From positions 1 through 13,866 of the forward strand of contig CAYWGS010000035.1 of NCBI GenBank assembly GCA_964457525.1: 13,866 nucleotides of DNA, written 5' to 3'. Under the pieces are notes generated by a model. That model saw only the letters and a program-made list of their open reading frames with translations. It had not been told where the DNA came from and made no database searches. Each line of letters opens with the position of its first letter. Position 1 is the stretch's first letter. Below, in pieces: positions 7,543-13,866 of this stretch. Source of the DNA: an uncultured Erysipelotrichaceae bacterium. GTDB lineage: Bacteria > Bacillota_I > Bacilli_A > Erysipelotrichales > Erysipelotrichaceae. The position numbers and the translations under genes are program-made.

Positions 7543-7760
7543 TTACAATATGTAATTATTCGTCGATTTTCTTAAATTTTCGCTAAATATTCATCTTATA
7601 AAAGGATATTTATATGAAACATTGGTTCAAGTTTTAATATAGTATCGAAATCTATCGACAAATAATGTAAACTAAAATAGGTTGAAAAGTAAGCGCTTTA
7701 ATTACTTAATTGAGTTAATTATATAAGATTAAGGTGTGTTGCTTTTATAAGGAGGAAACA

Positions 7761-8393
7761 ATGGATAAACATCATGATGCGATTATTAATAGACGATTAG
7801 AACGTACAGTCACCAATTTAATTAACCATAATTTTGAAGTAACCGTACTTGAACGAAAAGAAGACGTTAATCCTTTTCTAGAGAAGTTAATCGAAAAAGG
7901 ATCAACTGCTGCAGTGGGTGGTTCAATGACAATTAATGAAACAGATACATTAACTTGGTTACGTTCAGGTCATTTAAAGTTTATCGACCGATATGATCCT
8001 GAAAATGATGTAACACAAGTTTTTCATGAATCCTTTAATGTGGATGCCTATATTACTTCAAGTAATGCAGTCACAATGAATGGGGAACTCGTTAATACCG
8101 ATGGGAATGGTAATCGTGTTGCGGCGATGATTTATGGTCCTAAAAAGGTTTATGTTATTGTAGGAATCAATAAACTTGTTTCTGATATTGAAGAAGCTCA
8201 GAGACGAATTGAACTTTATGCAGCACCAATGAACTGTGAGCGTTTGAATAAGAATACACCATGTCGAAAGATAGGTGAATGTGCACACTGTAGTGTACCT
8301 GAGCGTATTTGTAGCGTTAATGTTGTGTTACATCGTAGTAATACACCAAAACGTATCCATGTTATCTTTGTGAAAGAGAGTTTAGGTTATTAA
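7761..8393 (+). CDS. LUD-domain (DUF162, LutC/YkgG-like) protein with C-terminal Cys cluster
   Basis: I prefer ATG 7761 (MDKHHDAI...) to the track's GTG 7734 because a strong RBS AAGGAGG (7749-7755) sits 5 nt upstream. Family segments are AAVGGSMTINE, YITSSNAVTMNGELVNTDGNGNRVAAMIYGP and KVYVIVGINKLV. The Cys cluster is CERLNKNTPCRKIGECAHCSVPERIC. Confidence 0.8.
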   Translation: MDKHHDAIINRRLERTVTNLINHNFEVTVLERKEDVNPFLEKLIEKGSTAAVGGSMTINETDTLTWLRSGHLKFIDRYDPENDVTQVFHESFNVDAYITSSNAVTMNGELVNTDGNGNRVAAMIYGPKKVYVIVGINKLVSDIEEAQRRIELYAAPMNCERLNKNTPCRKIGECAHCSVPERICSVNVVLHRSNTPKRIHVIFVKESLGY

Positions 8394-8435
8394 TATTTAT
8401 GTCATTGTACAACTTGACTAGAATGGGGAACAACT

Positions 8436-9761
8436 TTGATTGAGTTAAAGAATATTGTTAAGCACTATACAAGCCGTAAGGGTGTAGTCACAAAAGCTTT
8501 GAATGATTTGAGTGTATCGTTTCCAAGTAAAGGATTGGTCTTTATCTTGGGTAAGAGTGGAAGTGGCAAATCAACTCTTATGAATATTTTAGGTGGATTA
8601 GATGTGGCAGATTCAGGTGAGTTTATCATTGAAGGAAAAAATATTGAGGGTCTTAGTCAAGTTGAGTTAGATCATTATCGTAATTCACATGTTGGATTTG
8701 TTTTTCAAGACTTTAATATTATAGAAACATTTACGATTTATCAAAATATTGGTTTAGCGTTACAACTTCAAGGTCAAAAAGCAGATAAACATCGCATTGA
8801 TGAAATGTTGGAGTTTGTTGGATTAAAGGGATTTGGTAAACGTAAAGGGAATGAAGTTTCTGGTGGTCAGAAGCAGCGTATTGCGGTCGCACGTGCTCTT
8901 ATAAAGAATCCACGTATAATCTTAGCAGATGAGCCAACAGGGAACTTAGATAGTAAAACCAGTGATCAAATTATGCAACTATTAAAAAAGGTTGCACAGA
9001 ATAACCTAGTTATTGTAGTGTCTCATGATCCTGAAGAAGCTGAGGTCTATGCAGATCGTATCATTCGTATTAAAGATGGTAAGATATCTGAAGATACAGG
9101 AAGTGATCAAGCATTATTTGAAGCACGTCCATTTGAAATGGTTCATAAACATTTAGGTTTCTTTGCGAGTTTAAAGTATGGATTAAATAGTATTGGAAAG
9201 AACAAAGGACAAATGTTAATCACAACTTTTGTAATTTCTATTTCCTTGTTGTTTGCGAACTTACTTGGTTCTTATTTAACGTTCTTAGTTGAACCAAATC
9301 CTGTTTTAACTGATTTACTCGGTAAAGAGGGACTTGATTATATTATGACGGATTTACAGGGATATCTATCCTTTAATAATGCGCGTGATATTACGTTTGC
9401 GATGTATATTATTCTTGTTGCGGTATCGTATGTTTTCTTATCAATGAGTATCACAAAACGTCGTAAGCAAATTGGTATCTTTAAAGCGTTAGGTGGAAAT
9501 ACAAATGATATTTTACGTATCTTTGTTTGGGAAGGGATTGTTCTTGCGTTATTCACTTGGTTATTCTCAACATACTTAGGCTATGCCTATGTTTTAGATA
9601 CGAATATTAAGTTCTTTATGGGAATGCCTTTATTACAAACAAACTGGATTCAAATTGGAATTAACTTTGTGTTAGTGATGGCTGTAATGATCGGCTTTAT
9701 CGTGTTAATGGTTTTAAATACATTGAAAAACAATTCTGTTATTTCAATTCTAAAGAAGTAG
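8436..9761 (+). CDS. ABC transporter ATPase fused to an FtsX/MacB-type 4-TM permease with only a vestigial extracytoplasmic loop
   Basis: TTG start. It is required to include the MIELKNIVKHY first strand, which parallels [11 protein letters not shown] of the next gene, and GGGGA lies 6 nt upstream. Walker [10 protein letters not shown], signature SGGQKQRIAVARAL, Walker [13 protein letters not shown]-loop VSHD. TM1 is about aa 260-283, followed by a loop of ~35-40 aa, then TM2-4 with the FtsX-box KRRKQIGIFKALGG. Confidence 0.85.
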   Translation: MIELKNIVKHYTSRKGVVTKALNDLSVSFPSKGLVFILGKSGSGKSTLMNILGGLDVADSGEFIIEGKNIEGLSQVELDHYRNSHVGFVFQDFNIIETFTIYQNIGLALQLQGQKADKHRIDEMLEFVGLKGFGKRKGNEVSGGQKQRIAVARALIKNPRIILADEPTGNLDSKTSDQIMQLLKKVAQNNLVIVVSHDPEEAEVYADRIIRIKDGKISEDTGSDQALFEARPFEMVHKHLGFFASLKYGLNSIGKNKGQMLITTFVISISLLFANLLGSYLTFLVEPNPVLTDLLGKEGLDYIMTDLQGYLSFNNARDITFAMYIILVAVSYVFLSMSITKRRKQIGIFKALGGNTNDILRIFVWEGIVLALFTWLFSTYLGYAYVLDTNIKFFMGMPLLQTNWIQIGINFVLVMAVMIGFIVLMVLNTLKNNSVISILKK

Positions 9762-9769
9762 GTGCAATC

Positions 9770-11800
9770 ATGATTGAAATTAGTAATGTAAATAAAAAGT
9801 ATCATAGTAAAGCCAATGAAGAAGTAGTGGCGATTGATGGGATTAATCTAAAGTTTAATCATAATGGTTTAGTGTTTATTCTTGGTAAGAGTGGAAGTGG
9901 TAAGTCAACCTTCTTAAATATATTAGGGGGGCTTGATTCAGCAAATACCAGTAAGATATTTATCAATAAAAAGAAATTGAATCGTTTTGATGAAACAACT
10001 TGTTCTGAGTATCGTAATACGTATATTGGATTTGTATTCCAAGAATATAATCTATTAGATGATTTAAATGTGTATGACAATATTGCACTCGCGCTACAGA
10101 TGCAGAATCGTGAAGTCGATCGTGAAACAGTATTAAACATCTTGAAAGAAGTTGACCTTGAAGGGTTAGAAGAACGTGAGCTTGATGAATTATCCGGTGG
10201 ACAGAAACAAAGAGTCGCGATTGCGCGTGCTTTAGTTAAGAATCCTGAAATTATCTTAGCAGACGAACCGACAGGTAATCTAGATAGTGAGACATCTGAA
10301 CAAGTCTTTGAACTATTTAAACGAATAAGTAAAGATAAACTCATTATTTGTGTGAGTCATGATGCGGAATATGCACACAAATATGCAGATCGAATAATCG
10401 AAATCAGTGATGGAAAGATTATTCGTGATACAAACCCTGAAGTAATGGAAGATGATGTGCAAGCGCCAGATATGATCCGTCCTGTATTGCCTAAATCATT
10501 CATCTATCATATGAGTGTAGGTAATATTCTTAATAATAAATTAAGAATGGTCGTTACATCCGTGATTGTAGCGTTCTTAATGGCGATATTGACTGCTGTT
10601 TATACAACCTTAAATGTATCGACAGCTGTTGATGTAGATTTATTCAAAGCTAGTTCGATGAATCATTTGATGGTTATGCATCGAAATTCAGAAACTCGAG
10701 AATTAAGTACGGATCAATTAGTAAGAATACAACGAGTATTGCCTGATTATGGTGCTAATCTCTATAAACGTTTTAATTTAGTTAAAGAAGGTCAATTACT
10801 CAATATTTCTAGCTTATCATTCGGTGAGTTAAACAAAGATTCATTGAGTTCTGAGAATACTCGATTATTATCTGAATCGTACCTTGATGTGATTAAGACA
10901 TTACCATTGAATTTTGTTGAGACAAGTGTTGGCAGTTCGATTTATGATAATCTTATTGGGGCTGAACCTAAGAATAATCATGAAGTTGTGATAAGTAGTT
11001 ATTTAGCAGATTTAATGATTCAATCCGGTTATTTAGTGGATGGGAATCTTGTTAAATTTGATACATATCAAGAAGTGGTTAATTCTAATATTAATCTAAT
11101 GTTAGGTGAAACATTGGTTAAGGTGGTTGGTGTCTTGGAACATCAAACTCCAATTTTGGATAAAGAAACGACTGCATTAAATACAGTGTATTCAAATATT
11201 TATGTACAAAGAGGATTCTTATCCAGTGTTGATTTTGAATCACAACTCAATAGCTATGGAATCTATATTACAAATTATGCAAGTTTACCTGAACTAATGC
11301 ATGATGTTAAGAATGCAGGGTATATCAGCTTAACGCCTATTTATTCTGATTCTCTAGAGAATTTTACACGATTTGAATTATCCTTACTCATTTCGGTTAT
11401 TGTTCCACTTATTGGATATTTAGCCCTCGTGTTCTTAGCAAACTATATTTCCGGTAGTATTATCTATCGTAAGAAACAAATTGGTATATTACGTGCAATG
11501 GGGAACTTTATTAGTAATGTTGAGCATGTCTTTAGATTAGAAGCAATCATAGTAGGACTTATTATTATGGTTATTGCGTATTTCTTAACACCATATTTTG
11601 TCAATATTATGAATTTTGCTTATATGGTTCATTTTAGTGATAGTTTCATATCGTTCTATCATTACTCAATCTTTAGTCCAGGCTTAAGCAATATTATTGA
11701 GATTTTCTTGTTGTTAAGTATCTTGATTACGATGTTAACATTTACATTAACTCACAATATTAATCTAATCGATCCAGTTGATGTAATAAATGGTCGATAA
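9770..11800 (+). CDS. ABC transporter ATPase fused to an FtsX/MacB-type permease with a large (~255 aa) extracytoplasmic domain
   Basis: Paralogue of the preceding gene. The ATPase halves are about half identical by eye, and the same [34 protein letters not shown] and VSHD motifs are present. TM1 is about aa 260-281, the extracytoplasmic region about aa 282-537 (nt ~10613-11380), then TM2-4 with the FtsX-box [14 protein letters not shown]. Confidence 0.85.
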   Translation: MIEISNVNKKYHSKANEEVVAIDGINLKFNHNGLVFILGKSGSGKSTFLNILGGLDSANTSKIFINKKKLNRFDETTCSEYRNTYIGFVFQEYNLLDDLNVYDNIALALQMQNREVDRETVLNILKEVDLEGLEERELDELSGGQKQRVAIARALVKNPEIILADEPTGNLDSETSEQVFELFKRISKDKLIICVSHDAEYAHKYADRIIEISDGKIIRDTNPEVMEDDVQAPDMIRPVLPKSFIYHMSVGNILNNKLRMVVTSVIVAFLMAILTAVYTTLNVSTAVDVDLFKASSMNHLMVMHRNSETRELSTDQLVRIQRVLPDYGANLYKRFNLVKEGQLLNISSLSFGELNKDSLSSENTRLLSESYLDVIKTLPLNFVETSVGSSIYDNLIGAEPKNNHEVVISSYLADLMIQSGYLVDGNLVKFDTYQEVVNSNINLMLGETLVKVVGVLEHQTPILDKETTALNTVYSNIYVQRGFLSSVDFESQLNSYGIYITNYASLPELMHDVKNAGYISLTPIYSDSLENFTRFELSLLISVIVPLIGYLALVFLANYISGSIIYRKKQIGILRAMGNFISNVEHVFRLEAIIVGLIIMVIAYFLTPYFVNIMNFAYMVHFSDSFISFYHYSIFSPGLSNIIEIFLLLSILITMLTFTLTHNINLIDPVDVINGR

Positions 11801-11828
11801 AAAATAGTTCAAATTGAACTATTTTTTT
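11800..11828. terminator. Bidirectional rho-independent terminator between the ABC operon and mscS
   Basis: Perfect 11-bp stem aaaaatagttc (11800-11810) / gaactattttt (11816-11826) with loop aaatt. It is flanked by an A-run and a T-run, so it reads as hairpin plus U-tract on both strands. The mscS stop codon (11819-11821, minus) lies inside the stem. Confidence 0.7.
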
Positions 11829-12688
11829 ACGATCACATTTTGATATGGGTAAGGAATTTCGATACCCTCAGCGTTGAATCGTTTCATAATTGATTCTCTA
11901 AGTTCAGCGACTAAATTAAATGCATCTCCACTTGTTTTAGCCCATACACTCATTCTAAGCTCAACAGTACCTTCGACTAAGTCTGATAGGATTACTTTTA
12001 GTTGAGGTACATTTTCTTTAATATCTTTCTTTGTTCTTTGATCAATTAAGAGTGGGTTTTTGTAGGCTTCATCTAACATTATTTGTTTAGCTTTATCGAT
12101 ATCAGAATGAAGTGAAACATTGATTGTAAAGGCTCTGCATGATGTCTTATCTAGAATATCTCGATTTTCAATAATCGCTTTATTGATAATACTATTTGGT
12201 ACAATGACTCGATTGTTCTCAACCGTCTTTATAACAGTATGCCTTAGTGTAATATTCTCAACTGTCCCCGTAATTCTACTATCAGGAAGATGAATTTGAT
12301 GGCCGATACTAAAGGGTCTAAAGAATGATATGAAGAAACCAGACACGATATTCGAGAAGGCTTCTTGAGCCGCAAACCCAACAACCAGTACGACAACACC
12401 AGAACTTGCCAAGATTGAAAGTGCGAGTTCATTGAGTGGAATGATTTGGATTGAAATACCAAAACCTAAGAGGGTATAGATTACTCCATTTAGGATACGA
12501 TGAATGAATATAAAATTATTCTCATCGAGTTTATTTTTCTTTAAAAAGTTGTTTAATACTCTACGAATAATACGAACGAACACCCATGAACTAATCCACA
12601 TGAATGTTACTGTGATAATAAAATTAGTTATTCCTCCTTTTAAATAAGGCTCTGTAATCGTATTTAAGTCAGTAATGATTTGTTCCAT
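11819..12688 (-). CDS. mscS: Small-conductance mechanosensitive channel (MscS family)
   Basis: 289 aa with three N-terminal TM helices. The pore-lining TM3 signature is VVVLVVGFAAQEAFSNIVSGFFISFFRPFSIGHQI, followed by the beta-domain GTVENITLRHTVIKTVENNRVIVPNS. Confidence 0.88.
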   Translation of the reverse strand: MEQIITDLNTITEPYLKGGITNFIITVTFMWISSWVFVRIIRRVLNNFLKKNKLDENNFIFIHRILNGVIYTLLGFGISIQIIPLNELALSILASSGVVVLVVGFAAQEAFSNIVSGFFISFFRPFSIGHQIHLPDSRITGTVENITLRHTVIKTVENNRVIVPNSIINKAIIENRDILDKTSCRAFTINVSLHSDIDKAKQIMLDEAYKNPLLIDQRTKKDIKENVPQLKVILSDLVEGTVELRMSVWAKTSGDAFNLVAELRESIMKRFNAEGIEIPYPYQNVIVKK

Positions 12689-12694
12689 ATGAAA

Positions 12695-12723
12695 AGTTTA
12701 ATTTATCTTATTCATTTATGCAA
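12695..12723 (-). promoter_or_regulatory. Candidate sigma-A promoter of mscS positioned for a leaderless mRNA
   Basis: Minus strand reads TTGCAT (12723..12718), 17 nt, TAAACT (12700..12695), tttcat, ATG (12688..12686). Only 6 nt lie between the -10 and the start codon, and there is no Shine-Dalgarno. Confidence 0.35.
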
Positions 12724-12785
12724 ATTGATTTGTGATGAATATAATTCAATGAGATAAAAATAGTTCTTTAATTATTTTGATGAAG

Positions 12786-12794
12786 TGGTACAAT
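12786..12794 (+). promoter_or_regulatory. Candidate extended -10 (TGgTACAAT) promoter for asnA
   Basis: TG at 12786-12787 and TACAAT at 12789-12794. The -35 is weak. RBS AAGAGG lies ~7 nt before ATG 12823. The predicted 5'UTR is about 22 nt. Confidence 0.4.
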
Positions 12795-12822
12795 GAATTC
12801 AAGTTTTTTAAAGAGGTAGTAT

Positions 12823-13842
12823 ATGGCAACACTAAAACCTGAAGTATTTGTTCCTGAGAAGTATGATCATCCACTTAATATTCGTGAGACCGAACATGCG
12901 ATTAAATTGATTAAAGATTATTTTGAAAAAGATTTAGCACTAAAACTAAATCTTACTCGTGTATCTGCTCCTTTGTTTGTTCGAAAGAAGACAGGGCTCA
13001 ATGATAATCTTAATGGTGTTGAAAGACCGGTAAGTTTTGACATTAAGAATGATGTGGATGAAGTTGAAATTGTTCATTCACTTGCGAAGTGGAAACGTAG
13101 TGCATTGCATCGCTATGGTTTTGAGGTGGGTGAAGGTTTATACACCGATATGAATGCGATTCGTCGTGATGAAGATTTAGATAATCTACATTCTATTTAT
13201 GTGGATCAGTGGGATTGGGAAAAGAACATCAATCATTCAGATCGAACTGAGGAAATGTTAAAACAAACAGTTCGTACGATTTATCAAGTTATGAAGGATA
13301 CAGAGTTGTTTATCTTTAAGAAGTATCGTGTATTAAAACCTGTTTTACCTCAGGATATCTATTTTATTGATAGCCAAAGTTTAGAAGATCTTTATCCTAA
13401 TTTGACACCTAAACAACGTGAAGATGCGATTTGTTTAGAGAAGAAAGCCGTTTTTATCATGCGTATCGGTGATGTTTTAAAGTCAGGTCAAAAGCATGAT
13501 GGTAGAGCACCGGATTATGATGATTGGGCACTTAATGGAGATATTTTAGTGTATAATCCAATTTTGAATCGTTCATTTGAGTTGTCCTCAATGGGAATTC
13601 GTGTTGATGAAAAGAGTTTATATGATCAATTAGTTAAAGCTAATTGCTTAGAACGTTTAGATTATCCATTCCATAAAGCAATCATAAATAAAGAACTCCC
13701 ATATTCAATGGGAGGTGGTATTGGGCAATCTCGTTTATGTATGTTCTATTTACAGAAGGTTCATATTGGTGAAGTTCAAGCATCAATATGGCCAGAAGAA
13801 GTTGAATTATTCTGTGAAGAGAAGAATATAAAATTATTATAA
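12823..13842 (+). CDS. asnA: Aspartate--ammonia ligase (asparagine synthetase A)
   Basis: 339 aa, colinear with E. coli AsnA. Shared segments are [68 protein letters not shown] and [11 protein letters not shown] (the class II aaRS-like fold signature). Confidence 0.95.
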   Translation: MATLKPEVFVPEKYDHPLNIRETEHAIKLIKDYFEKDLALKLNLTRVSAPLFVRKKTGLNDNLNGVERPVSFDIKNDVDEVEIVHSLAKWKRSALHRYGFEVGEGLYTDMNAIRRDEDLDNLHSIYVDQWDWEKNINHSDRTEEMLKQTVRTIYQVMKDTELFIFKKYRVLKPVLPQDIYFIDSQSLEDLYPNLTPKQREDAICLEKKAVFIMRIGDVLKSGQKHDGRAPDYDDWALNGDILVYNPILNRSFELSSMGIRVDEKSLYDQLVKANCLERLDYPFHKAIINKELPYSMGGGIGQSRLCMFYLQKVHIGEVQASIWPEEVELFCEEKNIKLL

Positions 13843-13866
13843 TATTTGGGTGTTAGAGTTCATGGA

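Noticed and set aside
7734-7760. Track start (GTG 7734, MCCFYKEET...) for the LUD-domain gene
   Set aside because: The strong AAGGAGG RBS at 7749-7755 lies inside this extension and is correctly spaced for ATG 7761. The extra 9 residues would bury the RBS in coding sequence. I annotated 7761 instead.
7503-7760. Possible cobalamin riboswitch ahead of the B12-motif operon
   Set aside because: I scanned both strands for the B12-box core (GCCACTG or its complement CAGTGGC) and for GC-rich paired elements and found none. The region is too AT-rich, and the predicted minus-strand 5'UTR is only ~25 nt.
8414-8419. TTGACT hexamer in the LUD-ABC gap as a -35 for an internal ABC promoter
   Set aside because: It lies only 16 nt from the TTG start codon, so a matching -10 would fall inside the coding sequence. 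It is more likely chance, and the ABC genes are probably co-transcribed with the LUD gene.
8550-9900. Identical 17-mer ggtaagagtggaagtgg at 8550-8566 and 9884-9900, which could look like a dispersed repeat
   Set aside because: Both copies encode the Walker A GKSGSG of two paralogous ATPase domains. The identity reflects gene duplication and codon conservation, not a repeat element.
9859-10344. 161-aa ORF antisense to the ATPase domain of the second ABC gene
   Set aside because: It is the shadow frame of a strongly conserved ABC ATPase region. The Ser/Arg-rich translation has no recognisable domain or RBS.
12689-12822. T-box or other amino-acid-responsive leader upstream of asnA
   Set aside because: The 134 bp are shared with the divergent mscS promoter. 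The predicted asnA 5'UTR is ~22 nt. There is no T-box sequence, specifier hairpin or terminator/antiterminator.
1-13866. Alternative genetic code (TGA=Trp, Mollicutes-like), suggested by the low GC and the Mollicutes-style ATPase-FtsX fusions
   Set aside because: All twelve genes are full-length under the standard code, tryptophans are TGG, and no family-conserved region is interrupted by in-frame TGA. Code 11 explains everything.
1-13866. Mobile elements, CRISPR arrays, defence islands, toxin-antitoxin pairs, tRNA/rRNA
   Set aside because: I saw no transposase, integrase or recombinase motifs, no inverted terminal repeats, no regularly spaced direct repeats, no small adjacent ORF pairs and no GC-rich structured RNA segments. 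Composition looks uniform across the window.

Overview
Low-GC (roughly one-third G+C by eye) Bacillota-type chromosomal segment that uses the standard code: Trp is TGG and the long ORFs close on TAA/TAG. Twelve protein-coding genes fill almost the whole window. I found no rRNA, tRNA, CRISPR array, transposase, integrase or recognisable defence gene. Left to right: (1) the 3' part of an FMN-dependent alpha-hydroxy-acid oxidase; (2) a class II CPD photolyase; (3) a small YerC/YecD TrpR-like protein; (4) a 3-gene polar amino-acid ABC importer (lipoprotein SBP, permease, ATPase); (5) a translationally coupled minus-strand pair made of an opine-dehydrogenase-family enzyme and a 614-aa protein with an N-terminal cobalamin-binding-type motif; (6) a LUD/DUF162 protein; (7) two tandem paralogous ATPase-FtsX/MacB-type fusion proteins with very unequal extracytoplasmic domains; (8) an MscS-family channel; (9) asnA. 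Most of this is ordinary housekeeping and transport content. The best candidate for something undescribed is the opine-dehydrogenase plus B12-motif cassette at 4585-7502, whose 3' end overlaps the amino-acid importer. The asymmetric ABC/FtsX pair is second. Smaller observations are two apparently leaderless genes (photolyase, mscS), terminator-less convergent gene overlap, and a 258-bp divergent control region with a Shine-Dalgarno-preceded mini-ORF. All family calls rest on motifs read by eye. No database search was possible.
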